From a virus (lineage: Duplodnaviria > Caudoviricetes), in IMG/VR virus record IMGVR_UViG_3300043105_000102, positions 64,001 through 128,000 of that record: DNA of 64,000 bases. The stretch is one strand, 5' to 3'. The stretch's first letter is position 1. Every line of letters starts with the position of its first letter. Both the position numbers and the translations under genes were made by a program. A model generated the notes under the pieces. It was not told the DNA's origin. It did not search any database and worked only from the letters and a program-made list of their open reading frames with translations. Of the stretch, positions 18,769-29,500 are shown piece after piece.

Positions 18769-19223
18769 TACACAGCAACTTTAGTCGCCAAAACGGCGAG
18801 CTTCTTTTGCATTAACTGTTTTTCTTCGATACTGGCTTCTTTGGCCATATCTAAAATTTCTTCGCTAAGTTCATGAATGTAGCCCTCAAGATGTTCCATT
18901 TGAGTTTCTTTATCCATATGATGCTCTCTGGCTTTCATATATTCGTGTTTATGCTCCTCTAAAGGAGTGGGCGAATAGTCAAAGTGAGTATCTTCTGGCA
19001 TCCCTTTTCTCTCAAGAATACGAATAAGCTCTCTTTCTTCATCTTCTTGAGTCTCTTTATGTTCCATTGCTTCTACTACAGAATGATAATACATAGCTTC
19101 GTTTAAGTCTTTAATCATGTCAATAACTTCGCCCAATTCGTGCGCATCAACGCATTCTAAATTGGACATTTGATTTTCGACTTGCTGAACAAGATGTTCT
19201 TTAATAGTTTTTAATCTGTACAA
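18768..19223 (-). CDS. Conserved-type hypothetical helical protein (module gene 5)
   Basis: 151 aa; ELGEVIDMIKDL..A.YY motif typical of this Bacillota phage module. Confidence 0.75.
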   Translation of the reverse strand: MYRLKTIKEHLVQQVENQMSNLECVDAHELGEVIDMIKDLNEAMYYHSVVEAMEHKETQEDEERELIRILERKGMPEDTHFDYSPTPLEEHKHEYMKAREHHMDKETQMEHLEGYIHELSEEILDMAKEASIEEKQLMQKKLAVLATKVAV

Positions 19224-19224
19224 T

Positions 19225-19674
19225 TTAAGCCACCCTCTCTATAATAATATTAGCGTTTTGAACATTTACAGAAGTAGTTCCAACATTTTTAACGCTTATT
19301 TGAGAGCAGCAATTACTCGGCACATCCAAGAAAATACTTGTAAATACACAATTGTAATCTCCTGTTGCTCCGGGAGTTGAAATCATTTTTGTTGTGAGAA
19401 TAGGTTCTCCATCCAAGGAAATTGCTAAAGCTACTGGGGCCGGAGTTGTAGTGGCGGCTTCTGATGCGCCAGTAGTAGAACTGGGTGAAGCAATATTTGC
19501 GCCAAAAGTAACTCTAAATCTGGCGCGGCATTGCTGAGTTATTCCTCTCAGAATTACTAAACCGCTACCCTCTCTATTATAGATTATTGAGCAGTTTCCC
19601 GGAATAGCAACTTCAGAAAAGAGAACATTCTGATTAGCACTTACTAATTGAACTGCATTTGCTGTTAGTTCCAT
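19225..19674 (-). CDS. Beta-sandwich hypothetical protein (module gene 4; BclA-CTD/C1q-like by appearance)
   Basis: GGAGGT RBS; beta-strand pattern QNVLF...GSG...FRVTFGANI...ISVKN...NANIIIERVA. Confidence 0.7.
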   Translation of the reverse strand: MELTANAVQLVSANQNVLFSEVAIPGNCSIIYNREGSGLVILRGITQQCRARFRVTFGANIASPSSTTGASEAATTTPAPVALAISLDGEPILTTKMISTPGATGDYNCVFTSIFLDVPSNCCSQISVKNVGTTSVNVQNANIIIERVA

Positions 19675-19694
19675 ATCTCTTTACCTCCCAACTA

Positions 19695-21490
19695 TTATCC
19701 GTTGCACCCAAAAGATAGAGGATAACCAGTATAAGGATTGGCTACGGGGTATGCAGGAACGGGGCAGGGCTTAAGCTCATTCACCAGATAAGCATTCTGA
19801 GCTTGCTGAGAAATCTGGAAATTAGCAGTCTGCAATTGACTATCCTTGGCGGCCAGACGATCACGCAAGTCTTGCATTGTGTTAGCATTGATTAAAGCTC
19901 TAGTTTGTTCGGCTTCATTGTGAATAGCGGCAGTAATATCGCAAGTATTACGGTAATTCTCTGCTCTAACGCTATCTATATTGCGGTTTGTGTCACCAAT
20001 TTGTTATCTTATAGGCTCTTTATCCTATAACTCATATAGTTTCCTATATGTTCAGACTATATCTTCTTCCCTAATTATTATTAGGGAGTTCGGCACTCGT
20101 GTTGGTATTATTGTTTGTCATAACTCAACCATTAGTCGTTGAACCTTCTAATTACTTTTACTGACTTTCATTAGCTTGGCTGCTGATTAGCATACTTACA
20201 AATGTAAACTTAGCTTTCCAGCAATTCACCGAATTATTTTTCTAATAGTTACCTATTAGGCTGCCATGATTGTTTAGCAGCAAGACTGCATCGCATAACG
20301 GCTATCCGCAATATTAGAGTTTACAGTATCGAAGCCTTGAGAGACAGCACTAAATCCTGTGCATAAATCACGCTGTAAACTGCCAAAGTTGTTCAGGAGA
20401 GTAGTGTTGTTGGAATAAAATCCATCACACAAACCTTGCTGAATGCCACGAACGCCATTTTCAACTTGCTGGAAGTTCATGTCTTGGCAAAGCTCTCCTC
20501 TGGTCAGGGCGCCTTGAGTTGAAGCATTGTTATTGCCCCAACCATTTCCTCCCCATCCGCCGCCCATAAAGACGAACAGGAAAAGTATAATTATCCCATT
20601 GCTGTTATCCTACTGGCTTTTTGTCCAGTAGCTCTTATAGTTTATAGTTCCTATAAGTTCAGCGCACCTTTTCTACTCCAATATTAGAGTAGTCGCGGCC
20701 TCTTGGAAAAACTAAATAGTTCTGAGTTATTAAAAAACTCTGCTTTATATCTATTGCAGAAATGAAAAAGTATAATTATGTACTTTACTGCGGCTGCTGT
20801 TTAAAACTCTAGTAATAGCACGTTTGTTAATGTTTAAAAGCGCACTAGCTTCAGAAGTACTCATAAAAACAAATTTTTCACCTGTAGTTAAATTTGTTGC
20901 TAAAATCGGTTTACTCTTTATCTGGTCTTTTTCTTTTGTCCATTCAAGATTTTCGACTTTATTGTTAAGTGGATTTCCATCTTTGTGCTTAACATAAGGG
21001 AGAATATTTGGATTATCAAGAAAATATAAGGCCACAAGTCGATGGATTCTAAAAGTCTTTTTAAGCCCATCTTGGCAAAAGGTATACGTTAAATAACCTT
21101 CGTTGTTCATGTGCGGTTCCAAAATTTTCCCATTTTTAACATTTTTGATATTACCACAGTTTGAAACAGCATAATTATTGAACGCATCAATAATTATATA
21201 CTTTTCCATTTCGTATACTCCTTTAATTGACTTTATATAGTAGTCTTAAAGGACTACAACATATTCAGTATGTCTGCGCGTTGCCCCTGACTGTAGTTCT
21301 TACAGCCTTCGGTTCTGATTCCCATCTCAGGGTTCCAGCTTAATTCCGCGATTATTCGATACAAGTTACCTTGTAAAGTGGCAAATATTTATACTTACCA
21401 AGCTCCCATGCCATCGCCAAATCCCTCACGATTGGCACCAGAAGCAGTTGCAATGTCGGCTAAAGAATAGCCACTGTTTTGATTGAACAT
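19695..21490 (-). CDS. Membrane-anchored Gly-rich/coiled-coil protein (module gene 3), spliced: 21490-21397 + 20596-20276 + 19996-19695 (238 aa)
   Basis: GGAGG RBS + ATG 21490. Splicing gives MFNQNSGYSLADIA...GAWWIIILFLFVFMGGGWGG...MQSCCCDTNRNID...PCPVPAYPVANPY; total 717 nt in frame. Confidence 0.88.
19997..20275 (-). mobile_element. Group I intron (279 nt, no ORF)
   Basis: On - strand: P1 GCTGCT/GGCAGC, P10 TCAT/GTGA; AATTGCTGGAAA, AATCAGCAGC, GTTCAACGACTA, AAGATATAGTC; T|GT restores CCC. Confidence 0.92.
20597..21396 (-). mobile_element. Group I intron (800 nt) with a NUMOD4-HNH ORF
   Basis: On - strand: P1 TGGT/GCCA; AAGCTGGAA, AATCAGAAC; P7 GCGCA/TGCGC; P3 TCGCGG/CCGCGA; T|GG restores WW. 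Confidence 0.88.
20751..21209 (-). CDS. Intron-encoded NUMOD4/HNH endonuclease, possibly degenerate
   Basis: YAVSNCGNI, GYL, IHRLVA, HKDGNPLNNKVENLEW, C-terminal NUMOD1-like STSEASALL; AAGGAG RBS. Confidence 0.8.
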   Translation of the reverse strand: MEKYIIIDAFNNYAVSNCGNIKNVKNGKILEPHMNNEGYLTYTFCQDGLKKTFRIHRLVALYFLDNPNILPYVKHKDGNPLNNKVENLEWTKEKDQIKSKPILATNLTTGEKFVFMSTSEASALLNINKRAITRVLNSSRSKVHNYTFSFLQ

Positions 21491-21524
21491 AATAATGTCC
21501 TCCTTGTAGAAAAATAATATTTAT

Positions 21525-21770
21525 TTAAATCCCAAGCATTTGCTTAAAGGAATTAAATTCTTTATCAAAGTCTAAGCCTCTTTGACTACATAGATTCCTA
21601 GCAATTTGTTCGATCTCAGCAGTTCTATTATTTTTAGCTAAATTTAATAGATTCGCTCCCATTGGAGTGTTTTGCATTTGACTCTCAAGAAATTGTAAAA
21701 TTACTTGCTGGGGGTTTTGTCCAGATTTAACCATCTGAATTAAAGCCATTGGGTTATAATTGTTCGCCAT
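21525..21770 (-). CDS. Gln/Asn/Met-rich small protein (module gene 2)
   Basis: GGAGG RBS; NPMALIQM...NPQQ...ARNLC..RG motif. Confidence 0.75.
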   Translation of the reverse strand: MANNYNPMALIQMVKSGQNPQQVILQFLESQMQNTPMGANLLNLAKNNRTAEIEQIARNLCSQRGLDFDKEFNSFKQMLGI

Positions 21771-21782
21771 CTTTCTCCCTCC

Positions 21783-22151
21783 TTAAAAACTATAATTATT
21801 ATTAGTTTCGGTAGTTTCCTGTTGGGGAGTAGTTGGCGTCAATATAGATTTTATTTGCGCCATAGCGGCGTCAAATTCTTCTCTAGTTACATATGAACCT
21901 TGTGTTGGTGTTGTTGGAATTTCTTTCAACTCATACATACATAGAGATGGAGTACCATCCATATTAATTTGTTTGGTATAGATTCTTTTGTTCGCTAAAT
22001 CAGGAAAAAAGAATACTGAACCATCAAAGTCTATTGTCGTTGCACGAACTTCGTCCAGTGAAGATACTGGGCGGCCTTTTAATCCAATAGTAGGATTAAA
22101 AGTAGAAGAGGGTCGTAACGGCGTTTGCTGCTGATAATAATTTGGATACAT
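21783..22151 (-). CDS. Hypothetical protein (module gene 1)
   Basis: V.S.DEVRA...DFDG...IYTKQINMDG...YVTREEF motifs. Confidence 0.75.
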   Translation of the reverse strand: MYPNYYQQQTPLRPSSTFNPTIGLKGRPVSSLDEVRATTIDFDGSVFFFPDLANKRIYTKQINMDGTPSLCMYELKEIPTTPTQGSYVTREEFDAAMAQIKSILTPTTPQQETTETNNNYSF

Positions 22152-22294
22152 TTTCAGAGCAACCTTCTTTCATGAAAAATTTTTAACCCCTTCAAAGTCA
22201 AAGAATATGTTATAATCTTTTATGCTTTTAGTCATTTTTATTTTATTTACTAGCCTATTATTAATCCCGACTAGTAAGGGGACTCGAAAGAGAT

Positions 22295-22693
22295 TTAGCC
22301 CTCTTTCTCTTTATTCACTTTTGCTTCGATAAGATTTCCAATATAAATTGTTAAATCTCCGTATGTTTGTTCTAGGTAATTTTTACCCTCTTCGCCCAAA
22401 ATTTGAAGAACTGCATTTAGTGTCTTTTGGAACGCTTCTTTTTGGGCTTCTGGCCCAAATTCGCTACTTTCCTTTAAGCTGTTTACATAAGTTTGATTAG
22501 TAGCAATAACACAAGTCTCTACCGTCTCAAGTAACATATCAGTATACTTCTTTACCATTTCATTATCTGTAGTTTTGTCTATTTCTACTTTCTTACTTTG
22601 CAATAATTTAACAATATAAGTTGTTAAAATTCCCAAAAGAGGCACTATACAAAGCTCAAATATTTGGGACAAAATTTTTAAACCTTCATCCAT
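22295..22693 (-). CDS. Probable holin (single N-terminal TM, LL-H-like)
   Basis: Hydrophobic IFELCIVPLLGILTTYIV, then V.ATNQTYV..LK and IEAKV..K; located at the end of the tail block. Confidence 0.65.
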   Translation of the reverse strand: MDEGLKILSQIFELCIVPLLGILTTYIVKLLQSKKVEIDKTTDNEMVKKYTDMLLETVETCVIATNQTYVNSLKESSEFGPEAQKEAFQKTLNAVLQILGEEGKNYLEQTYGDLTIYIGNLIEAKVNKEKEG

Positions 22694-22708
22694 AAAATTT
22701 TCCTCCTT

Positions 22709-23260
22709 TTAACTATTAGTAACGCTCGTTCCACAATATTTCCATCCACTATTATATACCATGGCCGCCGCAGGTTTCCATCCGCCATTATATACGTAAG
22801 GAATAGCTGGATTCCATTTGCCGTCACTGTAAATATACACTCTGGGAACTACAAGTTTAAAAGTTTTACTAATGGAAACATAATTATCAGTAGAGGTACT
22901 ATTATTCCATTTATATAGGTTCTGTCTAGCAAAAACTTTTATATTAGCTGTAGTTGTGCTTGGAGTGGCATGATTTACTACTGTGGTACCGTTGTAGTAA
23001 TATCTTGTCCATAAGTTACCCGGATTATTAATAGTGGCCATGGTACCGCTACTAACTTTAACTCCTCCAACACAAACGTACCAAGTTCTGTGTGTATTGT
23101 CTATTGTGGCTGAAACATTTGCTCCTCCTGTTATATAAACATTTATAGCAACTGTTGAAGCTATTCCGTTGGTGGATATTTGGTTGCAACGAATGTGAAA
23201 ATACATTGTAGAAGAATCTCCAGTATCGCTTGTATAATCTTTATATGCTAAACTCGCCAT
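22709..23260 (-). CDS. Tail-fibre-associated hypothetical protein
   Basis: Thr/Ser/Asn-rich beta protein with three C-terminal VY..GGWK repeats. Confidence 0.55.
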   Translation of the reverse strand: MASLAYKDYTSDTGDSSTMYFHIRCNQISTNGIASTVAINVYITGGANVSATIDNTHRTWYVCVGGVKVSSGTMATINNPGNLWTRYYYNGTTVVNHATPSTTTANIKVFARQNLYKWNNSTSTDNYVSISKTFKLVVPRVYIYSDGKWNPAIPYVYNGGWKPAAAMVYNSGWKYCGTSVTNS

Positions 23261-23323
23261 CTTAAAAACTTTTTCCTTTCGTACTTTTTAATTTAAAAAG
23301 TTGAAAAAATCTTTATAGATTTT

Positions 23324-23564
23324 GAAGAGGTCTTCTCCCCTTCGATATACTATGAAAAATCTCGAATCAAAAATTTAACTTCTTGTCCAAAAATTTTTCT
23401 GTAAGGGATAGGAGGTTTCCGTCCTCTATAGATACTTAATTTTTATTGGACTCATTTTATCTCTTTCTGTCCAAAAATTTTTCTCCTTAAACCGAGGGCG
23501 GAAGCCCTCTACCTCTTACAGTATATCTTGAAAAATCTCAAAGGTATTTTAAAACTTTTTGCCC
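23324..23564 (-). repeat. Three tandem degenerate units: GG(A/G)CA...TAAA...TATA followed by a GC hairpin
   Basis: Motif cores at 23564-60, 23472-68 and 23388-84; hairpins at about 23494-23509, 23408-23429 and 23324-23343. Confidence 0.55.
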
Positions 23565-23578
23565 GGAAATTTCGAATT

Positions 23579-26500
23579 TTAAATTTTGAAGAAAATTGCC
23601 CCTTTAGTAGTAGTGGAGGGAAGCGCTGTTCCCCAGAAGTTAGCAGAATTGCCATCAGTACTTGTGTTGCCCAATATTATTGCATTAGTTGTAGTCCAAC
23701 CTAGATAAAGGTTTCCAGAAGCTGCATTAAGTGAAACATTGCCACTACCGTGATCCATCCTCAAGACATTGTACGTTGACCCATCATACGTTGTGTTAAT
23801 CCTTCTATTTGACCCGACAAAGGCTATATTACCACTTATATTGATAAAGCTAGAAAAATATCCACTTCCTCCCACATAAAGAGTATGAGTAGGTGTACCA
23901 GCACCAGCGCTAGTTAAATCTATAGTAGTTGTTGTTGAGTTAACTCCTAAATGAGTTCCATCGCAGTACATTGTAGCATTAGCTAAAGTAGTAGCAGCAC
24001 TTGAATAAATTAGCCTATTGGCCGTCCAACTAGTTTTACCAGTTCCACCCAAGTTAACAGCTAATGTTGAAGACAAAGTTGTAGCTGTATCTGCATTACC
24101 CTTTAAGTAGACATTACTAGTATCAGCATATACCATCCACTTATTTAAAGTATCACTATAAAGTCCATGATTAGTATTTCCACTACCAACACCCATCCAA
24201 ACTGTTGAGCCGCCAGTTCTTGTAGCGGTAAACTCACTGTAGTCTCCACTAGCAGAGGTTACAGTAAGTCTATTCTCATCATTATCAATACTCATATTAC
24301 TGGCGGAACTTATTGCGCCACTCGCTGAATAATAGGCTAAATGACTTGTAGTACCAGAGTTAACAGTGGAACTAAGAGAATAAGTGCAAGCCGTTGCTCT
24401 ACCATTGGCTGCTATATATACTGGTTTAGTTGAGCTACCTATAGCCGAATTGCTACTTCCATGGATTAAGTACATTGTTCCAGCATAGTTGGGTAAGTAA
24501 ACAGATCTATTACTACCGTTAGGTTGAGGAATAATGTCTTGATAATAACTTCCAGATCCATATAATCTAATTCTACCGGTCGCATTATTTGCACCAGAAC
24601 CAGAAGTACTAGTAACAGATGTGTCATTACCTAACTGCAAATAAACATAACCAGTAGTTCCAGCATTAGTGCCATCTCCTGCCGTACCAATGGTGCTAAC
24701 CCAAGCTCGCGCATAAGTAGTGCCAGAATTTTGCAAATAATAGCCGCCTTGAGTACTAGTACGATTTAAAGTAAAGTTTGTACTAGAAGTTACACCAGAA
24801 GAATTAGCTTGAAAGTAAGTTCCGCTTGAACCTACTTGGAGAGTACCATCTGTCCGTAAAGTACCAGTATTTTGATATATACTTTTATTTCCATAAGTTC
24901 TAATCCAACTAGTATCGGACATATACCAACCGCCGCCATAGTCTTCACTATACCAACCAGTTGAACCCTTAGTCCTTATCCAAGAATTACTAATTAAAGA
25001 ACCAGTAGAAATATCATAACTAGTATTCGTATATCCAACATTCAAATGGTTTAAAGTAGTATATCCAGAAGTATCTAATAAAGTTATTTGGTGCGCGACT
25101 GCATTACTTGTATTATATTGCCTTGCAACAATTTGTTCTCCCGCTCCGCCATCATCACCGGTAGCTATCTCAAGAACTGTATCAGATTCACTTGTTCCTG
25201 TAACTCTTATCCAGCCTTGGTCATTAGCTGTAGCAGGATTAGAAATAACAAGACCGTTGCTGTGTAAACGTGAAGTAGCTGTAGCTAAACCAGATACTTT
25301 TCCAGCAGATAAACTCATTGCACTTGTGGCGATTAAATATGGTGAGGAAAAGTAGGAAGTAGCGTTGACAATAGGTGACACTACTTGTGTTCCGGCAAAT
25401 ATTTCACCATCAATTGCCATGTTAGCTGTCAAAACATTGGAAGTAGTAGAGCCAGCTTTTACATAGAAAGAGACATCACCTGAATCAGTAATAGTAGTTG
25501 CAGACCCGCCAGATGGCGTATATGTATAAGCAGTAGACTTCCAGCTCTGTCCGTATACGATAGTACCTCCACGGCTATTATTCCATGTAGATTTAGCTGT
25601 AGAACAGTTTGCTCCAACATTTTGCCATAAAGTTGCAGTCGATGCATTACCAGATAAAGTACCTGTAATAGTATACCCACCAGTGATACTCTTATTGTAA
25701 GGGTCAATTACTAATGGTGTTCCAACCCCTGTTATAGTGGTTCCATCAGCAGACCCCGTGCCACAAATTCTAAAAGTGCTATTATATTGGTCTAAAATTA
25801 TTCCAGCTTGAGCGGTATTAGCCGTAGAAGCATTTAAATGAATCTCTCCGCCCTCTCCCGAAAGTGGGGTCAAATTTAAAGCGGTATTTCTAATTACTCC
25901 TAAATAACAAAGGTTAGAAGAAGTACCACTATAAGCACCATTCCAATAAGCTATTTGTGATATGTCTGGAACATAGCTATTATTTGTACCCCATCCAAGC
26001 GTAGTTACATTTGTAGCAGATTTAATACCCGGCACGGTACGACCGGTACAAGTAGTAATTGTGCCACTATTTAAATAAACTGGTGTAGTAGTACTACCAA
26101 CTGTACTACTGCTTTCTGTTGGGACACCCGCATTTAAGTACCATAATTTAGTTCCGCTACCTTTCGAGGAAGTATAAGAACTAATAGTATTACTTGCGGA
26201 ATAATAAGCTAATGTATTGGTCGTACCACTACTTGCCGAACTAATTCCTAATGGAATATTGTCAGAAGCTGTAGTAGTAATTGTATATGTAACTCCTCTT
26301 ATGGTAGAGCCACCATCAGCGACAGAAGTATATACCTCATAACTGGTTAATTTATCAGAAGATGTTGTATTACTGACCTCCGAACTCGTTACTAACGTCC
26401 ATACTCTTCCATTAGAAACATTTTCAACTATAGCTCTAGCATAAGTAGAACATTTATAATAAATATCTGCAACAACATTGTCCCCAGTCGTTCCATAAAG

Positions 26501-29500
26501 TCCACCCTGAAGAGCATCTTCAGCTATATTATGTCTATAAAGCCATACAATACTAAGACCGCATGCCGCGCCAGATGCGTTCGTTCTTGCGGCGATTTTT
26601 GCAAGACCTTCTCCTCCACCATGATACAGATGTCTAATTCTAATTAAGGAACATCTATCTATCCAAGTACCAGTCCCAACAGTTATTGTAGCAATTCTAT
26701 GCCAAGGATAATTAGATGTATTAACACTAGAAATGATAGCCTGATAATTCAATGCTGTAATAGTAATATTAGCACTCCCGTCAAACGAAGCCGAACCCTG
26801 CAAATTGCCATCTAATGCTATATTTCTAGCTGTAGCCAATTTGGTCGCAGTGGCTGAATTACCTGAAATATCACATATACCGGTGGAATTTTTGATTTTA
26901 AAAGGCCTAAGAGTATTCCAAGAACCCTCTTGATTGCCAGAATTGGTCAATAAGAAATATGTGCTATCTCCATCATTTCTAAGAATTACTCCATAGTTCC
27001 CATATACCATCCTAAAGCTATTTTGACTAGTTGAATAAATTTCGCTTTCGAAAGTTTTTATTCCCGCAAAGGTTTGTCCTCCAGTAGTAACTAATCCTGC
27101 TACACTGGTTGAGGCTGCTGGAACAGTAATTAAAGTTCCATCACTTTCACTACCTTTTATCCCTCTAAAAGTAAAAGTAGTACCATTAGAAGTAACTTGT
27201 TTTAAATCTTTTAAATAAGTTGTATTTATATTATTACCAGCAGAATCAGAAGTCGCCTTAGATGCAGTACCTGAAATATTTTCAACAACTAAAGTTTTTG
27301 TAGAAGGATTGTAGGTGAAGTTAGAATTATAAACAGGCTTACCATTAACGCCACTATAGGCAAACCAAACAGGACGAGCAGCATTATCTGTGCCAGTACC
27401 AATTCCAGCATAATTAAATCCATTACTTGCATTAATAGTTAAACTACCGCTACTATCAATAGTCTTAGCCCCAGTAAGAGTCTGCGCCCCAGTAGTAATC
27501 AAACCTGCTACACTAGCGCTTGCATTTGGAATCGTTACAGAAGAGCCGTCCTTGCTATTAGCGTAAACACCTTTAATAGAAAATTCTGTTCCAGTACTAG
27601 TAGCTTTAGCTATTGAGCCTAAATATTTTCCATCCGAAGTACTTTTGGAATAAACATAATTAGTATAGTTACCATTATCTAATGGAATGTAATAAACATT
27701 ACTCCAAGTACCATCATCAGCCAGCGTGGGAACAGCAATTCTAAAATTCCTATATCCGACTTTATTTGTAGCGTCCCAGCCAGTAGAAATATAAGTATTA
27801 CCCGTGTGAGCGGTAGAAGTACCACTAGCCGCACCCAACCAAAAATTAGTTTCATTATTTTTAGCTAAAGCGTAAGTACGACCGGCAGCATCTTTTCCGT
27901 AAAGGCCAATATTTACCTTAGAAAAAGTAATATTCCCAGTCATCGTACCACCAGCTAAAGGAAGAAAAGCTGGGCTAATAGTAGTATCGGTACCAGTGGC
28001 CGCGCCATTAGAATCATATCTCTTAAGTACGATAGAAGTATTATTAGAACCGAGAGCTATTGTAGTATTAGGCCCTAATAAAGTCGGCTTTCCAGTTACA
28101 TTTCCCCAAGCTACTGCGGAAGCTGTTCCTGCTGTAAATACTTCATATCCATCTTCACTTGTAAGTTTTGTTTCATCTTTAACAAAATACATTTTACCGG
28201 TAGAAGTAACTTTAACAACATCGCCATTTTGAACTGTACTTGTTGTCAACGCTAAACGAGCTGTATCATCAGCAACTACAGTAAGTCTTTCTAAAGCTGC
28301 TTGTGGAATATATTTTAAATCAATTAACTTACTACTATTTAAAGGAACAAAATTACCAATAGTAGTTGTTGAGCCTACTCCGTTAGTGGTTGATAACGTA
28401 TATTCATCTGAAACATTAACTGACTTTATATATGTTGAAGCAATATTTTGTCCGGCAGAGTCAGAAGTCGCTTTGGCGGCCAGTCCATTTAAATCTCCAT
28501 TAAAGGTTGTAGCATACATATTTGCCCATTTGAATTTAGCGCCACCAACTGAACCAGTATTATCGGCACTTGGATAAAATTCTCTATAATAAGGTTTAAG
28601 CCAAATTGAGCCGCCTTTGGAATGTGAGAAAACAATAGACTCTTCACCATCATCACTAACAAGAAGAATTAACGAACCATTATTGTTGGCAGTTTGACGA
28701 TAAAAAATTGAAGCACCATCTGTTCCACCCGTCCATTTAATGCCTTTGCTATCTGTTGGATTAGAACTAAAAGTAGTATCAGCAAAGGCAATGTTTCCAG
28801 TCATGGTACCTCCGGCCAAAGGTAAATCTTCTGAAGCATGGCCGGTTATGCTTGCTTTAATAGTCGAAGGTAAATAAAGATTTACTTCTCCGTTACCATT
28901 AACATCTACTCCGGGGCCTGAGTTATCCCCAGAAGTATCTTTTATACGAAAAGTTCTTGCGGTTTCCCAAGTACTTGCTGTTGTAGCGTTTCCAGACAAC
29001 GAACCAGAAAATTTGGTAGTTGTAAGAGTACCAGTACTAGGGTTAAAAGTTAAATTACTGTTTTTCCTAGCTCCTTCGGTTCTGGTCGTATTATCAGCAG
29101 TATTTGAAAATAATACTTCATAATTAGCGTTAGTAGAAGTAACTGTTTGAGTTACGTTCTTGTCTTGTGTTGTTAGAGTTGAAGTAGAACCATCACCTTT
29201 AGTAACAGTTACTGTTTGTCCACTAGCCGTAACTCCACTAACATATTTACTACGAATTGTTGTAGAATCACCAGTTGCATAATCAGTATTTCTAGCGTAA
29301 TTTACTATTTCTCCAAAGGTACCATTTTTTGTTGCGTAAATGGGATGATTCTGTATTAAGCACATGTTAGTAGTAGAATAAGTCATTCCCAGTAGCATAT
29401 AAGAATAATTCGTATCGCTAGTTGTCTGAGTTAGGGGAGTAGTACTAATAGGAGTAAACGTATTACCTGAGAGAGTTCCTTTAATATATATCGGCTTATA

